This document shows positions 37,101 to 51,104 of a stretch of DNA of 64,000 nucleotides, one piece after another. Below the pieces are notes generated by a model that was given only the letters and a program-made list of their open reading frames with translations, was not told where the DNA came from and did not search any database. Position 1 is the first letter of the stretch. Each line of letters starts with the position of its first letter. Position numbers and translations under genes: made by a program. The DNA comes from Veleropilina oligotropha. Its lineage: Eukaryota. The DNA is taken from NCBI GenBank assembly GCA_048128005.1, contig JBEUKZ010000085.1, positions 1 to 64,000 of the forward strand. Direction: 5' to 3'.

Positions 37101-40100
37101 TGATAATTGCCAATAATGTTACAATAGTGTGTGTCTTGTAGTTTGTTTCAGCACTACGCTTACTTTAATGGTGGTTTGCGGCACGTATCCTACACATGTA
37201 TTTGTGGCAGGTGAGTGATCGCTTCCCTGGCTTCATATTTTGCAGCTTGTTTGGGCTCTATGTTAGCTTTAATGGAGGAATGAAGCACATCCACCATGTG
37301 TGTGGCTGGTGAGTTAGTAGTGGCATGTGTTGTATTTTCACAGAGTTTGCATAAAAATTAACTGAATCAGTGAGTGTGGCCCTCATCAGATGCCGACATG
37401 GGGATTTTTTAGGTCTGTGTAGATGATTCAAGTCCTTAAAAGAAATAGAAGGATCAATGCCGTAATAACCTGTTTCATACAATGGTATTTGTTATCATTT
37501 AACATGTTGAGATCTTTACTTCCTGCTGCAGAAATGTTGGGTGGTCATTAAGCATAGTTATGCATATGTTTGAATGAAAAGAACTAGATTTCTCCATTAA
37601 CCCATGGTTTGTCTTGTCATCACTAATCTTTTGAATCATTGTATCTTTACACACAATGTCTAAATTTTGCTTTGTGCATTAACATTTAAGAATAATTATA
37701 CACATTGCAAATTAACAAGTTTTTCATTTCCTCTATTTGTATAACAATGTTTGTATCCCGTATAATTGCATGATTGTATCATATATCATTATTTATCCAT
37801 TGCATCACTGTGACTTTGCATATAAAGTGTGAAGTACTTTTTTAATTTTTTTTCTACTATGTTTTTATTTCATCTATGTTACAAGTTACAAAATATTTCT
37901 TTACAATTTGAGTTTCCAACCTGTATTATTCTTGAGCAGAAATTAATATCTTGGAGATTATGATTTATTCACAAGCTTCCATTCTGCAGGTCTTATTATA
38001 TATATTTATATATCATGTGTTTTGCGTAGACTTTTACTTTACAGTCCAAAATTATTATTGACATTTGTATTTGTATTGTCATTTGTATTTGTATTTGTAT
38101 TGACATTTGTATTAACTTTGCTTAGATACCTTTTCCCGCTACGGGCATATGTATTGTGTGACTTCTGTCTCGATCAGTCTCTATGTACTTAAAAATATCT
38201 TAGTCATAAAGCTGAGATCCTGAAAAAATACCACTTAAATATCATGAAAGTAAATATCACAGTGTCAGAATTGACAGTTGATAGGCTATGCCCGTTATTG
38301 TCCAACAACTATAATTGCTTTCCAGAAACGGCACTTCATGTAACATGGTCTTTTTTCAAACAGTGTCTAATAAGAAAGATGTTATAATATCCTGATGTAA
38401 GCATTTTGACATTTGACATATGAGACTAATAGTAATTATACTGCTATGATTTTTATCCAGTTATCTTAATTTTAGACTTATGTTATTTAAGCGAACATGA
38501 TACAATTAATCAGAAACAGTTCAATTTTATCATCCAAATAGTTTCACGTGTTTGGTAATTAGCCAATTACTATAGATTGCCTACCACTAAATGATTTTCC
38601 ATTGGAATCGGTGTTAACCAAATTGTCCATTACATCCATGGTACTCTTCCCAAGAGGGTATTGCAGGCCTGGATGGAGTCATCAGCCATTCTTGTCAAGG
38701 AAAAATAAAAAAGATACAAACACTGCCACCTCTCACGCTTGTGGCATCCATCTGCAGCTTGTAAACAACACATCCGCAGTAAATCTAAGTCGCCGGCCGT
38801 GGTCAAACCCGATATCAACAACCACTGCTTAAATAGCCCATTTGTTTCACACACATAATTTATTTATGTTTTAATTAATAAAACTGTCTGATGATTTAAT
38901 TAGAATATAGTTTGCACAATATCATCCAATCACCTGCCTGAAATCCAGTTAAGTACTGCATGACATCTTATATCACGACTTCCTGGGGCATCGTAGCCTG
39001 CCCATTTAGTGGCATTTAACCTATATGCGTGTAGCTAAACTGTTGAAACTTTTTATTGTCTTGCATGCAATTCATTTCTTTGATGTTTCTCGTCATTCAG
39101 TGGGACGAATTCTGCCACACTTCACTACGGACACGCAGGGGCTCCGAACTCCAAACAAATTGAAGATGGAGATATGTGGTATGCTTCAATTTGGTAGTCG
39201 CTAACCTCTTCCATTTAATGGCTGTTATTTCTTGCATGCTTTAAATCAGACTTGATTCATCCTCAATAGCATGTGCCCCCCTCCGAGGTGCACTGGTAAA
39301 AGAATAGCTCACATTTCATTCACCGAAATGCGTCAGAGATTTGAGTTTTAATTCTGAGTGAGAACTGTACAAATTCATCAGTCATAGCCAATAATCGACA
39401 GACATTTACTGGTTATTCCAGACCTTTCCTGAAGCGATATGATATCTCAGTATGACCCTAGAAGACCAATTGAAACAAAATCAAACAATTTCTTTAAGCC
39501 TACCTTAGCCTGTCCTGCCTTTTGGCATGCATAGCAATGCCTCTTGTTGTGGTCGTCCAGGGCTGTAATAGGAACGTGGCTACAATGTTATTCACCTGAG
39601 TGCTCCGATTTACATCATTATATTCGAGTCCACCGCTGCACACTTTGTGCAGTTAACCATTGTCCATAACTGGCAGGGCTTTACCCCTGTGATAACATGT
39701 TCTGGCATGGCCCTTAAGGGTCTTAGCAAATAAGACATTAACCATCGATCCAAACCAAAATCAAAACCTGCCCCTTATTGTAATTCTGACAGTCATTTTG
39801 AGAGATAATGTTATGATATTTTACATCATCCACGTTTGGTCGTGCATTATTAGTCTGCTTGTATTCCGTAACCTTTAAATTTTCTTGAACAAACATTATG
39901 CTTGTGGCGAATACTCCTCATATGACCTCTGAATTTTGCTTGATGATATTGGTGGCGAACACTCCTTTCATCCTCCAATCTTTCTTCCAGCCTTTTCGAT
40001 ATGGGCGGCGAGTATTATTGCTATGCTTCCGATATCACTTGCTCATTTCCTGCCAATGGAAAATTCACCCCAGAGCAGAAAGGAATTTACGAAGCAGTAT

Positions 40101-43100
40101 TAAAAGCTAATTTCGCTGTCAGAAAAGCAATGAAGCCAGGTATGTAATTATCGTTACACAGTTGGTTAAATTGACTTTGTAATGTAACACCATCTTTTTA
40201 TGGACATTCATTAATTGAATGGTAATGAAAATGTAATCTTTGAGAATCACCTCTGAGCCAATAATTTTGGATGAATATTTCATCGAACAGTTGATGAAAT
40301 CCATGTACGTCTACTGGTCATAGAAAATCATGACTGACAAATCTAAATTATGGCTTCAAATTTCTGGTTTTCATGTAGTCTGTGATTTTGAAGAAGCGCA
40401 ATGATTTTTTACTCAAAATGTTGGTGTCTTATATAAACAAACTTTTAAGGTGAATCAAACGATATAACATCAGAAACCATTGCTAATATCTAAATATTTT
40501 CCCGTTTAAATGTAATGTAATATGTTCTGTATTTTAAAAAAATTTCAATGTAGGCGTGTCCTGGGTGGACATGCATCTCTTGGCGGAGCGAGTCCAGCTC
40601 GAGGAGCTGAAGGCTATGGGGCTGATCCGTGGCGACATCGACGAGATGATGGAAGTAAGGCTGGGTGCGGTCTTCATGCCACACGGACTCGGGCATCTGA
40701 TGGGTCTAGACACCCATGATGTCGGCGGATACAATAAGGTATGCTGAGAACACTGTCCAGGCGAGACTCCATTTACTTGTTTTCTGAACTGTCCTCTGTA
40801 GCTCAACTGATAGAGCGTCGAAAAATGTTGAGTACGATCTGGCTTGGCTTTTTCTAAAGCTTAAACTTATAGAGGAATAGGAGGAGGAATTATGCTTAAT
40901 ATCCTGTATATTTATAACATCGAGGTTCAAGGCAGGACATGTCCGTGTTATCGCGGGAGGAAACCCCGGTCGCCGGGTAAACCCGCCCTCTTCGGCCAGT
41001 CACGGACAACTGTGCTTCATAACTTGAACAAATGTGTGCTATCTCAGCCGGGGGTCGATCCCACTACTGTTCGCGTCAGCTGAAACAAGCCAGTGAATTT
41101 AGAGTGGACACTCTACCCACTGCGCTACCGAAGCGGCCTAAACTTATAGAAGAACGTTGTTGACCTTTCCTTGGAAAGGAGGCATTGGACTGAGGTTCAG
41201 ACAAGACTGAAAAATTGTTAAAATGTCTGATTTGCATCACATCACTTAATATGTTTTCTCATAACTTTCTTTCATTGGTTGACTTCTGATTTGATTCTTT
41301 TGAATATACAGGCCAAAAATTAAAAACATACTTCAAACATTTTTTATAAATTAAAAAGATTTTAAAAAGTTCAGGTTTCACCTGAAATGTAATTATCACT
41401 GATTCCACTGGTCTCCAGATGCCCATTTGATTATCAGTATCGAGGATTGACTCAAGTCGTGTTAGAACATTGTTATCTAGCTAACATAGTGGTGGCAGAA
41501 GGTATTGCAATTGGATCAGTCTGTCTGTGTGTTTGTCTGTCTGCGAGCATATCTCAATACCCATTGATCTGATTTACTCAATTTTTGTGCAAGAGATGGG
41601 TTCCACCAAACGGTCGGTCCTCCTCAAAGATGATTTGAATCGGGTCGGGATTTTATGACGCAATTTCATAATTTTAGGATTGTCTGTCCGCGAGCATATC
41701 TCAACAACCATTGATCCAATTTACTTAATTTTTTGACATGAGATAGAGTCCACCCTAGGCACTGTCCTCCTCAAAGATAATCCGAATTGGAAAGTGGATT
41801 TGGATTTTATGATGCAAATTCCGGTTTGCAGATTTTCGGCTCTATCTCAACTAAAATTGATCCGATTTATTCAATTGTTTTGACACGAGATAGAGTCCAC
41901 CCTAGGCTCAGCCCTCCTCAAAGACGATCCAGATTATATGACGTAATTTCCGTTTTTTCAGATCTAGTACTAGAACCCTTCGCTGTACAAACTTCAGAAA
42001 ATTAGGCTAAAAATGTCACAAAGAATTTTTTGCTTTCACCATCGTATTCCTTGCCACCGGGGCGACGGTTTGCAATCTCAGAATGTCCTGTTGATTTTTA
42101 TGTCTTAACCTTTTTGTAAAAAAGGACAAGACATTATCAAATGGTCCGTGTGTATATACATATATACTTATAATATTATATACTTATATATATATATATA
42201 TATATCCGTCGATTTATTTGAAAACTACCCTCTCAATTTTCACCAAAATTGGTACACACATTCCCATGAGTATTTGTAGGTCGTGTATATAACTTTCGCG
42301 ACACAATTTTGCAAAAATATGCATTTATTGAGCACTTTTATCCATATTTGTATATAACGGATGTCTAATATTGCAAGCAAATAGCAATGATGTCATTACG
42401 ACGTCACTTTAGATTAATCGTCATTTGGTGACGTCACAATCGACGGGGTAGTAAATTAAGCCATGAAGTACTTGCACTTAGCCATTGTATTAACTGTTAT
42501 GAAAATTTGAGGGAAATAAAGAAAGGTCAAGACATATTTCTAACGCGTCGTTCTTGTTAATGATGTCCATGATGTATAATTATTTCCCTTTAGGGCCCAG
42601 AGAGAAGCAAAGAACCAGGATTACGCTCCCTGAGGCTGGTCAGAAATCTGGAAGCGAGGATGGTTTTGACAATTGAACCAGGGATCTACTTCATCGAATC
42701 CGTAAGCGTGCAAACATTTCTCCATTTATTTGAAAATTTATACATTTTTTAATGATACGCTATTGCCATGCCACCAGGATCATTATTCTTGGGATTATTT
42801 TAAATATATACACACGGCAAGCATTCATTCATATTACCTCTGTTTGAATGCATATTTTTATTAGTACAAGAAATGTACATTTAGCGTACATGTCCATGAA
42901 ACGAAAGATACTTTTCCCATTTCTCAATGCTTGCAAGTCAACTGTGCCAGTATCGATGATGTATATTTAGTGGGACTCTACGTAAAGAGATCTGTGGTTT
43001 GAACTAAGTCACCGGACAATCTGAATGGGTACCGACAGAAATAGTCCGTGTTATTACTTGCTGTGCGTGTTGATTCTCTCCGGTATTACTTGCTGTGCGT

Positions 43101-46100
43101 GTTGATTCTCTCAGGTATTTCTTGCTGTGCATGTTGATTCTCTCAGGAGTTGAGAGTGAAGCAAGTCAACAGCTAAGAATGTAATTATGAAGTGGTGAGA
43201 ACATGTTGTCTGCACAATGATCAAGACTCTAAACCGGCATTTTCACAAATTTTAATGGTATGCAAGCCGTGATTTTTCACGCGAACAATAGTTTCGTTCG
43301 CGTGTCGGTTATGCAATTCCACAATGACGCGAACGAAAATTCGTTCGCGTAAAATTAAACTTTTTTTTTTCAAATAGTAGTATCCGTCTGCAAAAACAAC
43401 ATGCAGATTCGCCAGATTATCTATTACGTCTTTAAAAAGTTATCCATGTATTCAAAGAACTATTAAATTGACTTTTTATTCACTTAACTTGATCATAATG
43501 TCTCCAAAGTCGCTTTTGTTCCACGTGTTCCGCCATTGTTGTTTACTAACGGACGCATTCGTTTAAACAACTGATTTCGAAACTGAGTTTTTGTAAATAC
43601 TATTTGGTATGTCTATAAAAACGTTGTAGGTTTTCTGAAAACATAAATTTGACTCTAGGGGAATGGCTTTTAAAATGGATTTGTTCTAAAATTGCTGTTC
43701 AGAAATTAATGTAATTTTAAGGAAAGTATCTATTAATTATTAATAAAGTTTTACTTTTGCTTGCTTTTATATGACAGCAAAGCTATTAATAATAAAACAT
43801 AGTTATAATAACCTGATAGTCATGAATTAGGATTGTGATTGAAATAACTTTTAAAATTTTAATTTTACCATTAATGATTATAAATATTGAATGACTACCT
43901 AAAATTGACTCAGGTGGCAATATTTCATATCACACCTTTTGAGAAGGACAATGCATATTTCAGGGTAATATATAATCTCTAGTTGGAATCTAGGATGATC
44001 ATGAAATTAATAGTAGTATTAAAATATTTCCCTTGCAGTTAGTCAATGCATGTATAATAGTATGACCATGTTATGAATACTGGCTGGTTATTTTAGACAA
44101 AATCCATCTGATCGGAAGGAAACATTAAATCTGGAGTCTAGGCTGAAATATTGCTAAAAGCTATTTCACCAATTAATCAATGTTTGGAAGGTTTACTAGC
44201 CTAGACTTGCATCTAATCTGTCAATTATAAGGCTATTAAGCATTACTTATTTCACGTCACCCATATTAAGTGAAATACATGACAAATAATTTGCGTGACC
44301 AAATGGGTTACGTCAGTAAAATTGACGTAACCCAATTTTGGGTTACGTAGATTTTTCAATTATCGTGGCCTGGTATGTAGGCTGCATCAAAGGAGACTCA
44401 TGCATGAAAAGATGGTGGTTAAAATCATTACAGAAAATAGTCATCCTTTTTGTTATATTTCCTTTTAAGTGATGCAGTGATTGCTATCATTTTAGCTTCT
44501 GGACGAAGCCTTACAAGACCCAGACCAGTCCAGATTCCTAGTCTCGGAGCAGATCGAGCGATTCAGACACTTTGGTGGCGTAAGTACAGTTCTCATGGAC
44601 AGTCCATCCATCGCTTTAAAGACATTACATACATTATGTATTGGTTACTAACCGAGTTGGAGGTATTCATCGATTTGAAAGACCTGCGCCCGTGCGGATC
44701 GTGACACCGAGACCGCGGAGCGGTCGACGTGTTACAGCACGGAAGCAGGTCTTTCAAATAGATGAATACCGACTAACGAGGTTTGTAACCGACTTACACA
44801 ATGGCCAATTAGCTCCTTTGTTGTCAATTTATCTTGTGATCAGCTTTATCCGTCTTGCACGGACGCAGGTCGGTATAGAGTGAAAAGTATGGCGGTATGG
44901 CTATACCACCCTACTTTTGAATCGTCATTGAAAACAAGGTGTTCACGCTGAATACCAACCTCTTCAAAACAAAAGAGCCATTGTGTAAGTAATATATCAT
45001 ACTCTTACACCGGCGAAGATATCTGACATTACCCTCGGGGAATTATGAAGATATCGTGCAGGGGTGTCAGGGTATTTTCTACCATACATGCCAATGCAAT
45101 CTGTTGTAAATGGCAACCTGTAACCCCTTATAGAATAATGAATAGCAGATATCACCCTGTGGGCGCTTTATGGGAAGTGGAATTTTCTATCACCACCTTG
45201 TAATAGCTTTGTGATTTTCGCACCTTGTCAATTTCACCTCACTCCGGTTAATGCCATTGTCTGCAGAACAATGGAACAACTGGCCCTAGAGTCCCATCGT
45301 CTGTATACAACGCTCATGGTATATATATATATATATATATATTGAATAAGCGACTATACAACCCAAATGCATGATTTTGATTGATATTTTTGCTGATACT
45401 TGCATAGTGTGTAATAAAGGAACTGTATGAGTTTCTGATGTGTTTTACATGATATGCACAAGCAACTAGATGTCTAACAGAAGTGGTCAGATATCCTATG
45501 ATAGAATGCCTTAAATATCCTAGAGCATTCTACAGGGTGTCCGAGAAGTCCCTACCTTTATCGATTAGTCCCTACCTTTATCGCTCCTCACGTACATAGG
45601 CGATGTTTCACGATAATAGTATGACATATCACGTTGCCTATAGCACGATATTTTACTGAGGGCGTAATTTATGATAATTAGCTCAATCACCGATCATCAT
45701 GTAATTGGAAACCCCGTCTATGGGCCGTGGCGATCAAGAGTTTATCATACCTGTGCGAACATTAGCGTTCAGTTAGTACACCATGCCTTCGGATACCAGC
45801 CCGTTTACGATTGAGGAGCGTGGTTCCACGAAAGACGGCGAACGAATACATCACTCGCTAATATTGCGACTGCATTTTCTGAGCGATTTGGTAAAGACCC
45901 ACCCCAGTTCAAAACTGTACGGATTTGGGAGCGGAAGCTCTTCGCTACCGGCAGTATCAAGGATGCCCCGCGAGCAGGCAGACCCGTAAAACGACGTGAC
46001 TCGTGCCACGCTGTGGAACAATCCATTGCAGATTCTCCTCGTAAATCAGTTCGTAAGAGGTCAGCCGAACTGAACATCCCTCGATCAACTATGCATGATT

Positions 46101-47092
46101 TTATAAAGAAAGACTTGAAAATGCGGAGCTGGCGACCAATGTTTGTAAACGTACTTTCTGACAATCGTGTTGCTTGCACTGGTGCAATGCTGGACGAGTT
46201 TGTTACAATTCCGTCGCGTGGAAGGGTTTTCTTCAGCGACGAATGTGCGATCTACCGCAGTAGTCGATCACATAACGTTTATTTTTGGTCGAAGCAGAAC
46301 CCGCATTTTGTGGAGCAGATCGAGTACCATCCGCCTCACGTAATGATGTGGGCAGCGGTGAATAGTCGCCACTGCATCGGGCCTTATTTCTTTGACGGTC
46401 CGGTAAACCAAGACACTTATCAGGCTATGCTTCATGACTGGTTTATTCCTCAACTTGCAGTATGGTTGCAGAAAGATGGTGCTCCTGCACACTACGCTTT
46501 GGCTGTGAGGCAGTTCCTGGACGAGCAGTTCCCACGGCGCTGGATCGGCCGTGGATCTGCAGCTGCTCCACCCACATTGCAGTGGCCGGCCAGAAGTCCC
46601 AACCTGAGCACTTGTGACAACGCATTGTGGGGATATATCAAGGAGATTGTCTGCAAGACACGGTACCAGACAACCGACGACCTGAAAGCTGCTGTCCGCG
46701 ATGCTTTTGCGACGTTCAACCCTCCCATGTTGCGAAGAATGAGTCACCGCACATGGCGGAAAATGATCCTATGCCATGAGAACGATGGCAAACACAGACC
46801 CGTTGGATAACTAATGAAGCTGTATAAATGCTGTACTATACGCATCACGCATACCAGGGCGATAAAGATAGGGACTTCTCGAACACCCTGTATATTTATT
46901 CATCAGGCAGTTATTATATTAGGACAGTAATCCTTGTTTTTTTAGGTGCGTATCGAAGATGATGTGACAGTCACCGATGACGGCATTGAAGTGTTGACGT
47001 GTGTACCGCGTACAGTGGAGGAAATCGAAGCGTTAATGGCTGAAGGGCGCACTCGTCCACCATTGGAGGTTAAGACTGACACCACCAAGTAA
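31146..47092 (+). CDS. PEPD: Xaa-Pro dipeptidase (prolidase); first coding exon not located
   Basis: Exons 31146-31329, 31674-31801, 34326-34389, 34901-34948, 35274-35335, 35828-35872, 36033-36108, 36436-36482, 37142-37210 (alt. 37246-37308), 39101-39178, 39991-40139, 40554-40738, 42594-42701, 44496-44579, 46946-47092. All GT-AG and in phase. Motifs [107 protein letters not shown]. Confidence 0.96.
31817..33465 (+). repeat. 63/64-bp minisatellite (~26 copies) in a PEPD intron
   Basis: Unit GGACAGGCGTGTGGATGACCTGGTAGGGTATGCTGTATGGAT(G/A)GGCAGGAAGGCATGGTCTAG. Confidence 0.95.
33472..34150 (+). repeat. 22-bp minisatellite (~30 copies)
   Basis: Unit GGACAGGTGAGGC(A/G)TGGTCTAT. Confidence 0.95.
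35419..35768. repeat. 13-bp minisatellite
   Basis: (GTATAGTTATACT)n. Confidence 0.95.
37246..37308 (+). CDS. PEPD: Duplicated alternative PEPD exon ([20 protein letters not shown])
   Basis: TTTTGCAG acceptor, GTGAGT donor, 63 nt, same phases (2/2) as 37142-37210, and similar translation to [22 protein letters not shown]. Confidence 0.7.
40874..41138 (-). mobile_element. tRNA-derived SINE with 12-bp TSD
   Basis: Minus strand starts GGCCGCTTCGGTAGCGCAGTGG (A box), GGGATCGACCC (B-box-like), (CCT)n tail; TSD TAAACTTATAGA at 40862-40873 and 41139-41150. Confidence 0.88.
43263..44372. mobile_element. Possible non-autonomous DNA transposon with 5-bp TSD
   Basis: GTATG|CAAGCCGTGATTTTTCA ... TTCAATTATCGTGGCCTG|GTATG; imperfect TIR. 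Confidence 0.45.
44641..44812. mobile_element. Foldback MITE
   Basis: GGTATTCATCGATTTGAAAGACCTGC is inverted with GCAGGTCTTTCAAATAGATGAATACC. Confidence 0.7.
45533..46890 (+). mobile_element. Tc1/mariner element (rosa/DD41D-like), in the last PEPD intron
   Basis: TA|CAGGGTGTCCGAGAAGTCCCTACCTTTATCG ... CGATAAAGATAGGGACTTCTCGAACACCCTG|TA. Confidence 0.92.
45783..46810 (+). pseudogene. Frameshifted Tc1/mariner transposase
   Basis: Motifs [54 protein letters not shown]; the N-terminus (ATG 45783) is in a different frame. Confidence 0.88.
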
Positions 47093-47911
47093 ACCATGAA
47101 CGAAGCAATATATATATGATAAAGAAATGATCAAGGACATCTCTACATAATTGATAAGACATATTCTTAAAATAATTGCTCATTAAATTTAATGAAATTC
47201 ATCTAGTTGTCATTGTACATGAAATAAGATCATAGATATAGAAGCAGAAATAGACATAATTCATTGGAAAAATCATGAATTTTAAAGTATAATTTAAGTT
47301 GTAATTAACTTTCTTAGAATACGAAACGGATGCAAGATATTTTAAACACCTGTTATCACATCCACTTTGTATTTGTTTGCTTGAAGACCATCACATTTGT
47401 ACACATTCCATTTTATACATTTCATTTGTGGGAAACCTAGGAAAACCTGTGTATACATTTTGGGGAATAATTCCATCACAAAGTTGGCTATTATTAAAGA
47501 AATTTGACAGACCATCAACAGTTTAAGTAATCCTGCTCCGCACAATTAGAGAAATACAACTTGAATATAAATCCCTAGGGGTGATATCAGATATTTGACG
47601 GTTTTGATATTACTCCTTTCCTACCTGATATGCTAACGGGATTAATAACAAGTCTTATCTTGATTTCGCCGTGAATCCTCTGTTCTGATTGGCTGACGTC
47701 ATTTTGTTAACTGGCCATGGTTCATGGATTCGTATACCACAGTGACGTCATTCCTCTGTTCTGATTGGCTAACTGGCCGTCAAGGGAAATAACTCGGCCT
47801 TACTGATACCGTCCATTACTTTGCAAATGGCTGCTATGATCATAAATAACGAATTCGGGACTCTGTTAATCAAGCATCATGGTAAGAAATCAACATAAAA
47901 TCAAGACAATT

Positions 47912-48143
47912 ATGTTGTCGAACGTCTTGGTAAATACGTTGGATTGAATACCTTATATCGTTAAACCACTCGGCACTAGCGCCTCGTGGTTTAACTTTAT
48001 ACGGTATTCAATCCACCGTATTTACCGCGACGTCGTCCGACAACTTATAATACACTGATGATACTCTGTGTGATATCACCATCAAATCTCGGCTATGCCT
48101 CGATCTAATAGTGATATCACACCTCGAACATCAGTGTATTATT
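47912..48143. repeat. Two adjacent foldback palindromes (MITE-like)
   Basis: GGTAAATACG.TGGATTGAATACC / GGTATTCAATCCA.CGTATTTACC, and ATAATACACTGATG...GTGTGATATCAC / GTGATATCACAC...CATCAGTGTATTAT. Confidence 0.7.
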
Positions 48144-49508
48144 TAATATATACATGTATATCTCGTTATGGCAAGAGGATATCAGTGTCACATTTGTATT
48201 GGAAAAAAAGATAAGATATGGCATCATGCACTTTTTGTATATTATCATCAGTAAATGCTATTGAAATTGGGATATTTTGCAATGATTTCACTCAAATAAA
48301 TTTTAGAAGGTTGACTGTGTGTAGATTTTTTATTTTACAATTCCTAGTTTTCGAGTGTTGTTGCAATTCTGTTAAGATTGCAGTGTACAATAACGTTGCT
48401 CAACAAAGCATTTGCTTTTTTTATAGAACCTGGTGGTGGAAGGTATTACGTGAGAATACGATCACTATTTTTGACCTCGTGTTATGCAACAGTGTTTTAC
48501 TATGACAATTTTGATCGATGTGTAATGGAAACTAGTACGAGATGTCAATCGTCGTATCATAACAATTTAATGTGGCATCATCTGAGGCAATGGTTTAAAT
48601 TACGTCAGCCATGCAGAATGAAGTATTCATGCAAATAACAAGCTAAAGTTAATTCTTCTTTTAATTAATTCTTCGAAGATATGCATTTATGTAGATGCAT
48701 TAATTTCTGATCACATGAAGGTGGATTGCTGTTTATTGTCCGCTTCGACCTCCTGTGTCATGCCCGTATTATCTTGAGAAGAAAGCCCCGATTGCCTGAT
48801 AATCAACCCATTCTGCCCTGCCAGTAATGGTCCACTGTGATTTCGTTTGATACTAAAGTCGCTTTCACACTTTGCTTAAACTCAGATTCATCCCGGTTTG
48901 AAGCGTTTCCGAGTTGATTTCGAGTGAGAATTCGGCAAAGTAGTAGGATTCATTTCTGGTTGTATTTGTAGTCGCAAATATTTCCGGATAACGAATGAAT
49001 GTGATCGCTTGGTTTCGCAAACAGCGTGAATATTGCTAAATGTGTATTTAATTGGTGATTTTATTCATTTTTGGAAAAATAATGTGACATATTGAGACTG
49101 TGATATATTGAGGTGTTCTGACTACCCACGAAGCGATTATGTATTTTTTTATTTGGGTTCGATCTGCTGATGTACAAATTGTCCGAAAAGATACTGATAT
49201 ATGCAATATGCCCAACCTAGGGTAAGAAAACGAACATGTAAGTTATTACTATTAATCTTCGACAACAATGCACTGCGGCATAGGGCTTGTAATGTGAACA
49301 CATGAACACTGGTTATCCTGGAGCGGAATCCGAGTTGAGGACAACTCGTAATTATTCCGAGTTGTAGTGTACAAGCAGTATTAATGTCCCGTTTATAACA
49401 ACCTTCAGATTCATAGCAGAATATGACCATTATCGCTGGAAGAAATGTCGGTCACTTGGCAAAATCCCCCCCCCCCCCCCCTCGCAGCTTTAGTCATAAA
49501 TATTTGTT

Positions 49509-50180
49509 AATTGGAAATTAAACGATTAAAATGAAGTCTGATTAAGATTAATATTTTATACCATGTCAACTTAACACAGAGATCAAGTGAGATGTGACTC
49601 AGTGGTCATACGAGTCAGACTTCAGAGCAAACATGATGTACACATTTCCAAGCACCAGCAGGGAGGGTCGGTGGGCATTTGATCTCTCAGTGTTAAGTTG
49701 ACATGGTATAATCTTAATCAAACTTCATTTTAATCGTTAAATTTCCAATTATACCGTGTCAACAACACTGACGAGATCCTGTGAGATTTTAGAGACAATG
49801 TGTACAACATGTGCAAATCATCTAAAGGTAAATGACAATGGTACAAACTTTAATTATATTAAAGATAACCAAAATACATATGTCATAGTTTACCCAGAAT
49901 AGCATTACTATATTCAAGTCATATCGCTAGCTTTAATCCTGAACCTAATGTCAGGAAGTTAATGGTCCAAAACTTCAAAATTTTAGTATCAAGCGGACTA
50001 CAATTAAGCAGCATTGGCACATTTGCTCGTTTAGTACCACCAGTTGTTGAATGTGCGTAAAACATCTGGATAGATGTATGCCTGCTGTCGTCTTTGCCAG
50101 CTTGACGCGCCTACCAATGGTGTCTCTGCACAGTTTTTGTCAGCTTGAATCACTTACTAATGGCGTGTCTGCGCATATAT
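49509..50180 (-). mobile_element. Degenerate 3' end of a second DIRS1-like element
   Basis: Long inverted repeat 49509-49590 vs 49678-49750 plus a partial third copy at 49751-49779, the same topology as 5750-6150. Minus-strand relic peptide CRDTIGRRVKLAKTTAGI../FYAHST resembles a DIRS YR C-terminus. Confidence 0.7.
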
Positions 50181-51104
50181 TAACACGATCATATGTAACA
50201 GCTAATAATATGAATTAAAACACAATGCGCTTGATAAGCATTTGTGCGCTGCAAATATATATACAAAGAATTAACAAATGCATATTAAGCCAAGACCAAC
50301 CATATATGCAGGAAAGATAACACTTGATTTTAAGTGGTGATGTATGAGCAAATAGAGCCGTTACAAAAAGTAACAAGGAAATCATCATAAATACAAGGTC
50401 TAACCGTTATGGTGGTTTACCGATTATGAATGTACATTAATGCAGAAATATTTTCAGTAAAATCAAAGGACATAAGATCGTTTACGGAGCATATCTCTTA
50501 CACCGCTTTACATAACTTTACGATGCTTGCAGGGTGTATTAAGTAGTCGGTGAACTGGTGCCTTTTGCCAGTTTCGACGTTGAGCAGCGATTATTAACAG
50601 AGTTACTGCCCTTGTTGTAAATTCGCTGTTATCTTTTCCGAACTGTATCTCATACACCGCTCAACATAACTTTACGAAACTTGCTGGGTGTATTAAGTAC
50701 TTGGTGAAATGGTGCCTTTTGCTAATTGCAATGGGAAATTTTTGTCGAAAATGGAGGATAACTCTGCAAATTTTCGGCAAAATAATCTCAAATTAAATAG
50801 GAACCTAGTTTATGTCCCAATAAGGCTGCATACCAAATTTGAACTAGAGAAGTTGTTTTTGTGTGAACAAAAACATATGTCTCCCCGTTTGAGAGAAATC
50901 ATTCCACACTCGGACCCTCGTGAAGTTCCAAAAGTCACAATCTATTGAAAATCAATAAGGGAACACAAAATTTTATCATCCTGCACATGCTTGAAGTGTA
51001 AGCCATGCATCTACAAATAAATCAGAAGGATGGATACGACAGAATGTGGGGAGCTTATTGCACAACGACCCGAAATCCCAGTAACGGCTCACTAGTAACA
51101 TCAT

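Noticed and set aside
40874..41138. tRNA-like A/B boxes
   Set aside because: No cloverleaf; multi-copy with tail and TSD, so SINEs rather than tRNA genes.
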